Assembly (NCBI GenBank): GCA_002787695.1
Contig: PCXL01000013.1
Coordinates: forward strand, 31,168 to 95,167
Reading direction: 5' to 3'
Origin: Candidatus Zambryskibacteria bacterium CG10_big_fil_rev_8_21_14_0_10_42_12
GTDB lineage: Bacteria; Patescibacteriota; Minisyncoccia; Phycocordibacterales; 1-14-0-10-42-12
Length of the DNA: 64,000 nucleotides
How positions within the stretch are numbered: the stretch's first letter is position 1; each line of letters starts with the position of its first letter. Both the position numbers and the translations under genes were made by a program. This document shows positions 47,126 through 57,625 of the stretch, one piece after another. The notes under the pieces were generated by a model, which saw nothing but the letters and a program-made list of their open reading frames with translations, was not told where the DNA came from and made no database searches.

Positions 47126-47542
47126 CTATTTACTAGTTTTCTTCACCACATCCTTTGCTGCTTTTGCGGTTTTCTTTGCAGCTGCCGGTGTACTTTTTGC
47201 GGTTTTCAGACTTGCGTCCAATTCCCTCTTAATATTTTTCCAGTGCCCTTGCAAATCTTTCGCAAGCATTTGAAGTTCTGTTGTATCAACTTCTTTCATA
47301 TTCTCATACTTCTTCATAACTTCCGTAACAACCGTTTGGTATTTTTCTTCGCTCACATCTTTCATTTTTTCAAGACGCGCAAGCACATCACCCTTTGCTT
47401 TAAGCATCCAACCCTTAACTTTCTTTCTGTTTTTAGCACCATCTTTACCGTAGAGAAAATATGCACCCGCAAGCGCTGCAAGCCCTACACCAACACCAAT
47501 CGCTGTTCCCAATCCCGCATCACTTCTCTTTTTACTTGCCAT
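47126..47542 (-). CDS. YtxH-like general stress protein (N-terminal TM plus a Lys-rich coiled coil)
   Basis: GVGVGLAALAGAYFL TM followed by a charged helical region. Confidence 0.4.
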   Translation of the reverse strand: MASKKRSDAGLGTAIGVGVGLAALAGAYFLYGKDGAKNRKKVKGWMLKAKGDVLARLEKMKDVSEEKYQTVVTEVMKKYENMKEVDTTELQMLAKDLQGHWKNIKRELDASLKTAKSTPAAAKKTAKAAKDVVKKTSK

Positions 47543-47573
47543 AACGTTTTTTCTAAATTATTAACCTTTAATA

Positions 47574-47846
47574 TTATTTTTTCTTCCGCCCAAAAAAACC
47601 TTTAATTATACGAGCAATATTAAAACCCCTGATAGTTTTGAGGCTACCTTCTTTTGTAGCGTCACGAAAATCATCAATATCTTCTTTGATCAGTTCTGCT
47701 TCATCGCGCACCACATGCGTAATCTTGCGCACATCTCGAATAACTCGAACAACATACACAAGAGCTGTTAATAGGAGTGCTCCAACAAGCACCACCACCA
47801 CAGAGGTGATCATAAAAAATAAATCTGATTTTGCTACTGCTTCCAT
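47574..47846 (-). CDS. DUF948 (YtxG-like) membrane protein
   Basis: N-terminal TM plus an amphipathic helix. Paired with the YtxH-like gene as in Firmicutes ytxGH. Confidence 0.4.
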   Translation of the reverse strand: MEAVAKSDLFFMITSVVVVLVGALLLTALVYVVRVIRDVRKITHVVRDEAELIKEDIDDFRDATKEGSLKTIRGFNIARIIKGFFGRKKK

Positions 47847-47858
47847 ATACCTATTATA

Positions 47859-48815
47859 TCATCCAATAACTGGCACGCGAATAATCGTAAATAAGAAATA
47901 TACGGCATACAGCATAACGAGTGCCACTCCTTGTCCACGCGTAATGGCAAACTTGCCTCTTTTTTGGATCAGTATAAAAACAATAAACACTCCAGCAAAA
48001 GCGATGAGTAGATCAAGATACAAATCAGGGGCAAACGGAATATTTCCAAACAAACCGGCAATTCCAAATATACCAAGAAAATCAAAGACATTTGAACCGA
48101 CAATGTTTCCAATAGCAATGTCACTTCGTTTCTTGAGTGCAGCGGTAACAGACACGGTCAACTCAGTAATAGATGTTCCGACACCGATGATCAGGAGACC
48201 GATCACCGAGCTCCCAATTCCTAACAGGTCTGCACCCCTTAGTGCACCGGAAACTACCCATCTGCCTCCAAATATTACTCCCAACATACCAAGCACAATA
48301 GTCAGCAGTGTGTATCCGACTGCCAGATTTTTATCACGATCTTTAACTCGTGTAACACCATGTGATCCAAAAATTTCCCACAGAACCCAGACAAGAAAAA
48401 GTAAGAACAAAATAAATGATTCCAAACGATCAATACCAATAAAGGATTCTTTAAAGCCAAAAAGAAACATGATCCCCACAAGAAGAATAACCGCCAAATT
48501 AATGAGGAGATTCTTTGAAACTAATTTCTTCTCAATTGCAGGTGGCGCAATAATAGAAACGAGTCCTAGAATAAATAATGCATTAAAGATATTACTACCA
48601 ATGATCGTACTGACCCCTACCGGATCGTGCTCTAAGACAGCAGCAATATTGATGGCAAACTCAGGCATAGACGTACCTATACCTACAATTACTACGCCAA
48701 TAAACCATGCAGGAACACGTAGAAAACGTGCGATATCAGATGCGCCTTCTACTAGTATTTGTGCTCCTTTAACAAGAATATAGAAACCAACGATAAATAA
48801 TATGAGTGTCCACAT
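47859..48815 (-). CDS. Na+/Ca2+ exchanger family (CaCA, YrbG-like)
   Basis: Duplicated alpha-repeat GTSMPE / GTSITE motifs. Confidence 0.85.
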   Translation of the reverse strand: MWTLILFIVGFYILVKGAQILVEGASDIARFLRVPAWFIGVVIVGIGTSMPEFAINIAAVLEHDPVGVSTIIGSNIFNALFILGLVSIIAPPAIEKKLVSKNLLINLAVILLVGIMFLFGFKESFIGIDRLESFILFLLFLVWVLWEIFGSHGVTRVKDRDKNLAVGYTLLTIVLGMLGVIFGGRWVVSGALRGADLLGIGSSVIGLLIIGVGTSITELTVSVTAALKKRSDIAIGNIVGSNVFDFLGIFGIAGLFGNIPFAPDLYLDLLIAFAGVFIVFILIQKRGKFAITRGQGVALVMLYAVYFLFTIIRVPVIG

Positions 48816-48868
48816 GGAAACTCTATTATATCAACAGTTTTATCGTAGCTACCCGAGCAATTCACAGT

Positions 48869-51800
48869 TTACTGCCATCTACCGTACAGAATCGGTACAA
48901 GAATAAGTGTCACAACGGTTGCAAATGAGAGTCCGAACATAATTGAGTATGCAAGTGGTCCCCATAAACCAGAGGCGTACGTAAGCGGAATAATACCAAT
49001 AACCGTCGTAAGTGTCGTCAGAAGAATCGGGCGAAGACGCAATGTTGCTCCTTCTACTGCAACTCTATCACTACTCCATTCGGGATGTTCCTTGCGCAAA
49101 TTATTCATCACATCAATCAAGATAATAGAGTTATTCACCACAATACCAGACAGCGCAATGAATCCCATGATAGACGGAAATGAGATCGGCTTGTTTACAA
49201 TAGCAAGACCAAAAAGTACACCGATGAGAGAAAGTGGAATAATCGAGATAATGATAAACGCTTGTTTGTATGAATTAAACTGAAGCACCAATATAGCCAG
49301 AATAAGTGCAAAGCCTATAATCAGTGCAATAAACATATCTCTAAATGATTTATTCACTTCTTCATTCTCGCCTCCTACACTATATGTAATACCTGCGGGC
49401 ATTTGTTCTACATCAAGTTTCTCTTCAAACACTTTGACAACAGATGCAGGTGTTGAGCCTTGTATGACATCTGACGATACCGTTGCTACACGCTTACGAT
49501 CTTCATGCACAATAGACGTGTTACTTCGCTCAATTGAAACCCGCGCCACAGATCCGAGCAAGATAGTACCGTTAGGTGCTTTTAATGGTATCGCAAGAAT
49601 ATCGTCAATCGTCGCGTTTGGAATATCGCGAAGCTCGGGAATACCACCGGTAATATTAAGCCTCGCAATCACATCAATATCTGCCGTCTCCTGGTTGATT
49701 GTTGTTGTATTGATACCAACAATTGCCGTACGGAGCGCAAGCGCAAGCGCTTGTGGCGAAAGGCCGGTTCGCGAAAGTGCATCTCTGTCGATATCAAGCT
49801 TAAAGGTGATACCGTCACTCGCAAAACTGTTTTCTACCTGAGTTGCCCCTGGTACAGATTCTAAAACAGTTTCAGCATAAGAAACGGCCTGAGAAAGATC
49901 ATCGAGATTTTCCCCATAAAATTTTATAGCAACCGGCTTACCCGTAGGTGGACCTCCTGATGGTTCAGATACGCGAATTGTCGCACCAGAAACTGGGGCA
50001 AGCATTTCCCTGAGCTCATCTACAACTTCTGTACTCGTCTTCTTTCTATCGTCACGCAAGATAATCATCTGGTTTGCAAATCGCTCGCCCGATGCAGCAC
50101 TTCCGAATGCGCTTCCCGCACCCACTGTTGTAACAAAAGAATCAATTTCTTCATGATTATAGAGTACTTCCTCAATGCGACGAGTCACCAAATCAGTTTG
50201 TGAAAGCACAGACCCTTCAGGCAATTCTGCTTCAACATAAATGAAATCTATATCTTCTTGTGGGAAAAAGATTACCTGAACACCACCAACAATAGGCAGT
50301 GCAAATGCCACCACAAACATAATCGCCATAGAGAGTAGGAACACATTTTCCGTGTCTCTGTCACCCAAAATACGGTGCACGATATTGTGATAACCTTCGG
50401 TTATACGTTTCGTAATTTTTTCTTGAAATGCAACAAAAGGAGACGGACTATGTTCATGCAAGAAATGAGATGCAATGAGTGGCACAAAGGCAAGGGCAAC
50501 AAACAAAGACGCAGCAAGCACAAAGATAATCGTAAACGGAATACTTGCAATAAACTCTCCGGTTACACCAGAGACAATAAAGAGTGGTGCGAACACGGCA
50601 ATAGTTGTTGCAGTTCCAGAAATAAGTGGCCATCCAAATGTCTTAATAGTTGCAAGTGCCGCTTCGAGACCCGATTTACCAGATTGCTTTTCGGTATGAA
50701 TTGCTTCTGTTACCACAATAGCAGAGTCGACCAAGATACCGACTGCAAGAATGAGTGAAAAGAGACTTACAAAGTTAATCGTGTTACCTGAAAGATATAA
50801 ACCAATAAATGCAACAAGAAATGAGAGCGGAATAGCGAGACCTGCGATTATAGCTTCTTTCCATCCTAAAAACAGAAGAAGCACAATGATCACCAAACCA
50901 ACCGTCTGGAGTCCTGAAAAGGAAAGATTACGAAGATCATCTTTAACATATTCACCGGTGTCGTACGAAACCAGTACTGTTGCATCAGAAAGAAAACTAC
51001 CCTCCATCTCTCCAATCTTTTCATTGATTGCTTCAGTAATACGAGTAATATCACCACCACGACGTTTGAAAATTGAAAATGTTGCCGACTGTTCTGATGG
51101 CTCACCATTTACAGATACGCGAGAAAGTGTGTTCGCTGCTTCTGTACCCGTTGAAATGGTTGCAATATCACGCATGTACACTGTGGCATTTCCACTTCTC
51201 CCCACGGGAATCGATGCAACTTCTTCTGGTGTACGCAAGCCACCTTCAAAAGAAATTGCGTAGGTCACACCATTTACCGCAATACTACCAACAGGAAGTG
51301 ATGCATTTGCTTGGGAAAGCGTCGAGGTGATTTCAGATAAACTCAAGCCATATCGCACGAGTGCCTCTGAATCAATAAATACCGTCACCTCCCTATCAGG
51401 AAGACCGCTTCGCTCAACACGAGAAACACCGCGAACAGATTTGAGGTTACTTTCAATTTGTTCAGAAAGTTCAATAAATTCAGTTGTAGGTAAATCTGTT
51501 GAAACAGAAACAGTCAAAATAGGTTGATCAACAAAATTTACCTCAGAGACAAATGGATCTTCGGCTTCTGTTGGAAGCTCTGGGGTCACCGCATCGACTT
51601 CATCTTTGACTTCTGCGATAGACTTATCAAGTGATGCGTCAGCGTTAAACTCAACAGTAATAACCGATACACCTTCGCGAGATGTTGAATTGAGTTTATT
51701 TAATTCTTCAAGGTTATTAAAAAGACGCTCCTCTAGTTTATTTGTCACTAAGAGTTCCACATCAGACGCGTTAGCTCCTGGAAAAACCGTAGTAACTATG

Positions 51801-51937
51801 GCAACTGGCACTTGTACTTCTGGTGCAGACTCCTTGGGTATAGCGATCATTGCGTAAAAACCAGCACCAATAAGCACTGCCATTAACATATAGCTAAAAC
51901 GTTCCCGTTTTGTAAAAAATCCCCAGAATGACTCCAT
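48869..51937 (-). CDS. RND-superfamily efflux transporter (AcrB/HAE1-like), 1022 aa
   Basis: 12-TM topology with two large loops. Conserved TM4 region. Confidence 0.88.
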   Translation of the reverse strand: MESFWGFFTKRERFSYMLMAVLIGAGFYAMIAIPKESAPEVQVPVAIVTTVFPGANASDVELLVTNKLEERLFNNLEELNKLNSTSREGVSVITVEFNADASLDKSIAEVKDEVDAVTPELPTEAEDPFVSEVNFVDQPILTVSVSTDLPTTEFIELSEQIESNLKSVRGVSRVERSGLPDREVTVFIDSEALVRYGLSLSEITSTLSQANASLPVGSIAVNGVTYAISFEGGLRTPEEVASIPVGRSGNATVYMRDIATISTGTEAANTLSRVSVNGEPSEQSATFSIFKRRGGDITRITEAINEKIGEMEGSFLSDATVLVSYDTGEYVKDDLRNLSFSGLQTVGLVIIVLLLFLGWKEAIIAGLAIPLSFLVAFIGLYLSGNTINFVSLFSLILAVGILVDSAIVVTEAIHTEKQSGKSGLEAALATIKTFGWPLISGTATTIAVFAPLFIVSGVTGEFIASIPFTIIFVLAASLFVALAFVPLIASHFLHEHSPSPFVAFQEKITKRITEGYHNIVHRILGDRDTENVFLLSMAIMFVVAFALPIVGGVQVIFFPQEDIDFIYVEAELPEGSVLSQTDLVTRRIEEVLYNHEEIDSFVTTVGAGSAFGSAASGERFANQMIILRDDRKKTSTEVVDELREMLAPVSGATIRVSEPSGGPPTGKPVAIKFYGENLDDLSQAVSYAETVLESVPGATQVENSFASDGITFKLDIDRDALSRTGLSPQALALALRTAIVGINTTTINQETADIDVIARLNITGGIPELRDIPNATIDDILAIPLKAPNGTILLGSVARVSIERSNTSIVHEDRKRVATVSSDVIQGSTPASVVKVFEEKLDVEQMPAGITYSVGGENEEVNKSFRDMFIALIIGFALILAILVLQFNSYKQAFIIISIIPLSLIGVLFGLAIVNKPISFPSIMGFIALSGIVVNNSIILIDVMNNLRKEHPEWSSDRVAVEGATLRLRPILLTTLTTVIGIIPLTYASGLWGPLAYSIMFGLSFATVVTLILVPILYGRWQ

Positions 51938-51938
51938 A

Positions 51939-53555
51939 TTATTCTTGCGACACCGAGACTTTCTCTCCCACTTTTAATCCACGCGCATCTGTCACAATCC
52001 GGAGTAACGGATCAAGATCTCCGGTGATCAACACAGAATCACCGAACACTGGTCCGATTTCTACGGGATACGAAACGATCATATTATTTTCGTCAATTCC
52101 AAAAACTGCCGTTTCTTTAGTTCCAATGTTAAGTGAAGCGATCGGAATACGTACCCCTTCGCGCACATTCACATCTTCTACATCCCCCGTTCGAGCAATA
52201 GACACACGTACACTTTGACCATTCACCAAGTCTGCCTGAGAATCAGAAACACCAATGATTACTTCAATTTTCCGCGTTACAGGATCGAGTGCTGGAGCAA
52301 TACGCGTAACAACACCACTAAATTCATCACTGATACGCACCGTGTTACCAACCGAAATAAATGCCTTTTCTTGTTCAGTAATATACGTCTTTATGAGAAG
52401 CGCGTTGTTATTTGCAACCACCGCAACAGGTTGGTTCGGCGCAACCACGTCTCCCACATCAATAGAAAGACTATTGATAGTCCCCGAAAGTGGAGCACGG
52501 ATAATTTTCTTTTCAAGTGAAGCAACCGCAAGTGCACGCCCCGCTTCCGCTTGTCTCACTGCTGCATCTCGAGTTGAAAGATTTCCCGATCCAGCAGCCT
52601 GTGCATCATCTTCTACTGCTAATCGATATGTCGTTTCTGCACTTCGTAGTGATTCACGGCCAGACGAAACGTTTGCAAGTGCCGTATCTATCGATGTTCG
52701 AGCAGAAAGTATATCGGATACTTCTGTACTACTTCCCTGACGAGTTACGATTTCTGCCAGATCTCGCATAAAACTACTAATGAATCGAAGTCGTGCTTCA
52801 GCATCAGACAGAGACGTATCAATACTTGTATTTGGGGACAGAACTTCTACCATTTTTTTCCATACGATAAAGCTGTCGCCTATTTCTGCACGGCGCTCTT
52901 CGAGGTCATCAATGCCATACGATGAAATATTGAGACGTGGAGCAGATGTACGTGGAGCTGTAAAAAATTGGTCCGCTTTTCCATACACTGCGTTTTCTGC
53001 AAGTGTATATGCTTGCTGTACCGTGTTATAAGCCGAAACACGTTCCTGCTCAAGTGCATGTGTTGCATTATCAAGACGAATATCTGTGAGAGATGATGAC
53101 TCTTGGCGCGCAGCCACAGCAGCATCAACACTTGCTTGAGCTTGTGCTACCTGTGCTCGTTCAAAATTATTTTCGATTTCAGCAATTATTTCACCTGCAA
53201 CAACTCGGTCCCCCAAGTTTTTACGCACTGATACCACTTGTCCCGATGCTTCTGCACGAATATCTGCTTCACTTTGTGATTCAACTGTGCCTGTTACCGC
53301 AAGTTCACTTCCATTTCCAGAGAGCTCAGCAATGGTCCTTAGTGTCACAGTTCTCATGCTCCGTTCGCTTTTTTCAGCTGGTGCATTATTGCGAATGGCA
53401 TTAAAAATAATAAAACCTAAAGCCACTAATACAATAATGAGAGCAATACGCTTTTTACGATTTGTTCGAGCATCGCGAATAAATGAGCGGATGATACTAA
53501 ATAAATGTCTGGTTGTTCGTCTCATAATATTAAAATTGAGTAAACATAGTACCAC
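51939..53555 (-). CDS. Membrane fusion / periplasmic adaptor protein (HlyD/AcrA family) with a long coiled coil
   Basis: N-terminal TM, long coiled coil, C-terminal beta-barrel/lipoyl-like region. 2 nt from the RND gene. Confidence 0.65.
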   Translation of the reverse strand: MVLCLLNFNIMRRTTRHLFSIIRSFIRDARTNRKKRIALIIVLVALGFIIFNAIRNNAPAEKSERSMRTVTLRTIAELSGNGSELAVTGTVESQSEADIRAEASGQVVSVRKNLGDRVVAGEIIAEIENNFERAQVAQAQASVDAAVAARQESSSLTDIRLDNATHALEQERVSAYNTVQQAYTLAENAVYGKADQFFTAPRTSAPRLNISSYGIDDLEERRAEIGDSFIVWKKMVEVLSPNTSIDTSLSDAEARLRFISSFMRDLAEIVTRQGSSTEVSDILSARTSIDTALANVSSGRESLRSAETTYRLAVEDDAQAAGSGNLSTRDAAVRQAEAGRALAVASLEKKIIRAPLSGTINSLSIDVGDVVAPNQPVAVVANNNALLIKTYITEQEKAFISVGNTVRISDEFSGVVTRIAPALDPVTRKIEVIIGVSDSQADLVNGQSVRVSIARTGDVEDVNVREGVRIPIASLNIGTKETAVFGIDENNMIVSYPVEIGPVFGDSVLITGDLDPLLRIVTDARGLKVGEKVSVSQE

Positions 53556-53574
53556 ACTTAACCCATGATTTCAA

Positions 53575-54135
53575 TTATTTTTTAAGAAACATTTTTCTCA
53601 CCAACAGGGAGAAGGCAATTGCAAGTAACACAAATCCAAGGTACACAGACAGAATTGTCGGTACATTGTAAGGAATCTTTTTAATAGCACCGAGTACTAT
53701 GGTTGAAACCCAAGATACAAAAGAGATAGCACCGCTCACATACAAATACAAACTCATCCTTCTGAAACCCGGATCTAGTCCTAGATGATTGCCGATAAGT
53801 TGTCTCATTCGTGGGATATATATGTGATGTATAACGGCACCATTTACCGCAATAATAAGTACGATAATCATCTTTGCAATAAATTTCGTAGACACTGCAT
53901 ATTTCGCAAAATCAAGAGACATAAGTAACAGGCCAGAAATCGTCAAAATAAATAGTCCAACCCAAACCATTACTCCCCCGATAGACATGAGTCGAAGCTC
54001 GTCCTTGGTTATTTTCTTATCTTTTATTGATTCCATATAGAGCACATCAGATACAAATGCTCCACCTGCGCCAATGGCAAGTCCTAACAGGTGCAAAATA
54101 AGATAAATGGTTTTCAAACTTACAAAAGAAAGCAT
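53575..54135 (-). CDS. Hypothetical 4-TM membrane protein
   Basis: Hydrophobicity pattern only. Confidence 0.3.
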   Translation of the reverse strand: MLSFVSLKTIYLILHLLGLAIGAGGAFVSDVLYMESIKDKKITKDELRLMSIGGVMVWVGLFILTISGLLLMSLDFAKYAVSTKFIAKMIIVLIIAVNGAVIHHIYIPRMRQLIGNHLGLDPGFRRMSLYLYVSGAISFVSWVSTIVLGAIKKIPYNVPTILSVYLGFVLLAIAFSLLVRKMFLKK

Positions 54136-54219
54136 ATATATATTGTACGATACATCTGGTAAACTTGGTTTGACAAGTAGTGTATAATAGACGAGTTAAA
54201 ATTTAATCAACAGAATCTC

Positions 54220-54453
54220 ATGGCTACCGTAACAATATACTCAACACCAACATGTCACTTTTGTCACAAGGCAAAAGAGTTATTTAAGGAAAACAACATT
54301 TCTTTTTCTGACCACAATGTTTTTGAAGATGTTGCTAAGCGACAAGAAATGGTGGAGCGGAGCGGTCAAATGGGCGTTCCGGTGATTTTCATAGATGATG
54401 AAATGATTATCGGCTTTGATGAAGGTCGCATAAGATCACTCCTCAACATTTAG
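54220..54453 (+). CDS. Glutaredoxin-like protein (YruB/NrdH-like)
   Basis: TIYSTPTCHFCHKAKE CxxC motif and a GVPVIFIDDE motif. Confidence 0.8.
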   Translation: MATVTIYSTPTCHFCHKAKELFKENNISFSDHNVFEDVAKRQEMVERSGQMGVPVIFIDDEMIIGFDEGRIRSLLNI

Positions 54454-54479
54454 TTATGTACAAAGGTTGAACCTTTGTA

Positions 54480-55103
54480 CTATTCCTCAAGAAGCCAGAG
54501 TTCGTTTCGCACAACAAATGGCATACTCCACGGCAATGCATAGCGTGCATACAGAACATTTTTTCCAGTAACTCCCTCCTCTTCAGCTTTTGCAATAATG
54601 TTTTCTTGTTTTTTAGGTGATAGACAATTCCAGATACACGCAATGTTTTTCACAAATATAGGTTGTGACGGAACAATACGAGTCATCACGCGAACATCAT
54701 GTGGTTCCGGCAAACTATCTAGCGTGCGATATTCCGGCATGATAAACGCGATACGGTATGTCTCCTGAACATCAGATTCATCTGACAAGATATTTCTCTC
54801 CTGCGCATCTTCCCTATCAACCACTATTGGACGAGTCATGGGAATAGTCTCACCCGTACTATTGTTTCCATCAATATATGCTGCAAGTCTAGAAAAACCT
54901 TCCTGCAAAGCTTCCCCATACGAGGCAGAAACTCGAGTCTCAGCAATTGCATATACAACATATTCTCGAATCTCAAACCCGTTACCTTCTTCAACAACCG
55001 TATATTGTGGAGCAGGAATACTATGTACGCGCGTACTATAAAACGCCCAGGCAAGCAACAATATTATGATAATTCCTAAATAATAAAGTTTTCTCTTGGA
55101 CAT
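54480..55103 (-). CDS. SOUL/HBP heme-binding-like protein, membrane-anchored
   Basis: YTVVEEGNGFEIREY ... IPMTRPIVV ... RNELW, matching the SOUL family pattern. Confidence 0.55.
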   Translation of the reverse strand: MSKRKLYYLGIIIILLLAWAFYSTRVHSIPAPQYTVVEEGNGFEIREYVVYAIAETRVSASYGEALQEGFSRLAAYIDGNNSTGETIPMTRPIVVDREDAQERNILSDESDVQETYRIAFIMPEYRTLDSLPEPHDVRVMTRIVPSQPIFVKNIACIWNCLSPKKQENIIAKAEEEGVTGKNVLYARYALPWSMPFVVRNELWLLEE

Positions 55104-55115
55104 AGTGTGTCTATA

Positions 55116-55694
55116 CTATTCAAAGCGAATAGGTACCTCTAGTGCATCATCGTGTTCCGGAAGTCCTGATGGATTATCTTTCTGCAAGATAAGTGCTCCA
55201 CGTTCAGGATACAATGTTGGTTTTTCAAATGTGATCTCGGCAACAAACGGTACAAAATCTTCTGTCATCCATTCATCTTGTGCAGTTGCAATACCCTCTC
55301 CAATAATAAGCCCGTCCCAGTTTACAACGTATACAGGAAAACTTGCTTCAAAAAACCAGTAGCCGCGCGCTTCACCTGTAATAGTAAGCGGGCTTGTCAC
55401 CACACCTCCCGGACGAGGACTCTCAAGACGAATTAAATTTGTTTTCTCTAATTCATTCCCAACATTTTCAGTAAATAGACGTCCATCAACAGTCCTGCAC
55501 TGACGCGGATATGATTCCATTACCGGGTTGCCTTCCGCTACACAATCCTCAAAAGATTCAGCTTGCGAGGTTGGGAGTGGATCTTTATCCGACTGACCAC
55601 CCTGCAATCCTGGTAGCAATTTTTGCCAATCAAGCAGTAGTCCAAGGACCACAATGACTGCAATAAGTATGATAAATAATACGCTTTTTTTCAT
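55116..55694 (-). CDS. Gmad2 immunoglobulin-like domain protein, extracytoplasmic, with a Cys pair
   Basis: IRLESPRPGGVVTSPLTITGEARGYWFFEASFPVYVVNWDG, Gmad2-like. Confidence 0.4.
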   Translation of the reverse strand: MKKSVLFIILIAVIVVLGLLLDWQKLLPGLQGGQSDKDPLPTSQAESFEDCVAEGNPVMESYPRQCRTVDGRLFTENVGNELEKTNLIRLESPRPGGVVTSPLTITGEARGYWFFEASFPVYVVNWDGLIIGEGIATAQDEWMTEDFVPFVAEITFEKPTLYPERGALILQKDNPSGLPEHDDALEVPIRFE

Positions 55695-55699
55695 ATGTT

Positions 55700-56281
55700 T
55701 TAGGATTCAATTACCTCCATTTCCTCTTGATTGATACTGTCTTCCGCTGGCATCTCTGTCTCAACTGACGCATCTCCTTCAATCGGTTCTACCGCCAATT
55801 CTTCAAATGTAATATTTTCTGGTATAGCAATCATAGATGGATCTGATGCAACTTCATTACATGAGTAAATAACCTGATCAGCAGCATCTGCTGATGCGTT
55901 ATTAAACGTAATCTGCTCACGAACTACCTGTGCTTTGCTACCGACAGGCGAGAGTGAAGACCAGCTGTATACATAATCACCATCCCAAATAGAATAAATA
56001 TCTATCGTGGTATTAATTTCAGGAACAAATGTTTTAAATTCAGCTCTGAATGAATTTCCGTCTAGGTATACCATACCCAATGATTCTCTATTCTCGACGG
56101 CGCTTTGCACGTCACACACATACGCCTTGTCTCCGCCTATCAAATCATCAATAGCATCTCTCTCAAATGCTTCACCAATCATGGTTATCCCACCAGTGGT
56201 TTCATTTGACGACCATGCATAATAGCCTAGTCCCGCAACCACGATAATTCCAATGACACCCCATATATACGTCTGCTTCAT
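55700..56281 (-). CDS. Secreted hypothetical protein with an acidic C-terminus
   Basis: Signal/anchor plus two Cys. No recognizable family. Confidence 0.35.
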   Translation of the reverse strand: MKQTYIWGVIGIIVVAGLGYYAWSSNETTGGITMIGEAFERDAIDDLIGGDKAYVCDVQSAVENRESLGMVYLDGNSFRAEFKTFVPEINTTIDIYSIWDGDYVYSWSSLSPVGSKAQVVREQITFNNASADAADQVIYSCNEVASDPSMIAIPENITFEELAVEPIEGDASVETEMPAEDSINQEEMEVIES

Positions 56282-56330
56282 AAATTGATTACATTACGGT
56301 CAATAACTCCATTATATCACGCTACAATTA

Positions 56331-56753
56331 TTACGAGTTAAGTAGATTTAATCCTGTTTTTTCATCATATGTTCGTGTCAATGTATGAGATATAAGGGAA
56401 AGGACAAACTCGCCTGTTGCTGAAATAATCATACGTTTAACATGACCTCCCACCATGTGATAGTTTCTATCAGAAAACACGCCATGAGCATGAATGAGTG
56501 GCTTTTCATCAAACCAACCAATGTTTCCAGAACATGACACAATTTCTAGATCTTCCTTAAAGTCTTTATCTACATACTCTTTTTTCTCTAGATCATAAAA
56601 TGAAAGCGTAAGCGATCCGCACGCACCTATGCCAAAAAAGCCAGCGCTTTGCACATTGTATTCTTTTGTGAAATGTGAGAGCTCCGCTATCACATCATCT
56701 CCTCTGTCACAACGAATAATTGCTTTATCTTGTGTTTTATAGAGCATCTTCAT
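56331..56753 (-). CDS. PPC (DUF296) domain protein
   Basis: Beta-rich 140-aa fold with a FEIVSCSGNIG pattern. Confidence 0.4.
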   Translation of the reverse strand: MKMLYKTQDKAIIRCDRGDDVIAELSHFTKEYNVQSAGFFGIGACGSLTLSFYDLEKKEYVDKDFKEDLEIVSCSGNIGWFDEKPLIHAHGVFSDRNYHMVGGHVKRMIISATGEFVLSLISHTLTRTYDEKTGLNLLNS

Positions 56754-56773
56754 GTGCTCATGATAAAACGCTT

Positions 56774-57511
56774 CTAACGAGAGAGCAATGTATCACTGAT
56801 CTCAGTTTCGATTTGGGTTACATCAAAATATCCTTGATCGAGCAGTGCTGTTTCTATTTTTTTGATATATCCAGTTGCCATAAAAATACCAAGTACAATA
56901 AAAAGCACTCCGAGCACCCTCTTAAAACAGCCGCGCGGATCAGCAGCAATATTTAGTTTCAAAAGAATTTTTTGTCCCGCAAAGGCAATTACGAGAAGTG
57001 AAAATGCGAGCCCGAGAATATACGCCAAAATATATAACGCGCCTTTAGCAAAACTTTCCGGTAATACCGCAGCCAAGATAACAAAATATGTTGGACTACA
57101 GGTCGTAAAAATTGGACCAAGTGCAATACCCATGAGTGCATCACCCCACACATTTTTCTTTTGATTACCCTCTGCAAGCATCTTGTTTGAAGATGCTTGT
57201 ACTTTTGCAAGTGGACCCGATATCTTATCCCATAATGCAGGGAACAAAAGAGTGATCCCAAAGAAACCGATCACCAATCCAGCAAAATAATTCCAAAAAC
57301 TTTCTGGAACATTAATAAGGGTTGTTGTTGCCCGAAGCAAAAAAGTAAACACAAATACAGATAGAGACAGCCAAAACACAATACGATACGGACGTGTTCT
57401 ATCAGTAACATCTGCTACTGTGCCACCAAGTACTACCGGCAACAGGGGAAGAATACACGGTGCAAGCACCGTGAGCATTCCCGCAATAATAGAAACAATG
57501 AAGAGTGTCAT
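56774..57511 (-). CDS. ccdA: Cytochrome c biogenesis / thiol-disulfide transporter CcdA (DsbD beta-core family)
   Basis: LAPCILPLLP first Cys motif and a second Cys in TM4 (TTCSPT). Six TM helices. Confidence 0.75.
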   Translation of the reverse strand: MTLFIVSIIAGMLTVLAPCILPLLPVVLGGTVADVTDRTRPYRIVFWLSLSVFVFTFLLRATTTLINVPESFWNYFAGLVIGFFGITLLFPALWDKISGPLAKVQASSNKMLAEGNQKKNVWGDALMGIALGPIFTTCSPTYFVILAAVLPESFAKGALYILAYILGLAFSLLVIAFAGQKILLKLNIAADPRGCFKRVLGVLFIVLGIFMATGYIKKIETALLDQGYFDVTQIETEISDTLLSR

Positions 57512-57625
57512 CCCGTTAGAAGCAGATTGCGATCACTCGCTTTCTGTTATTAAAATTAAATTTCAGATATATATCAACCATAGAGATTATGTTACGAAAC
57601 GCGATCGCGGCTTCTAACGGGATCA

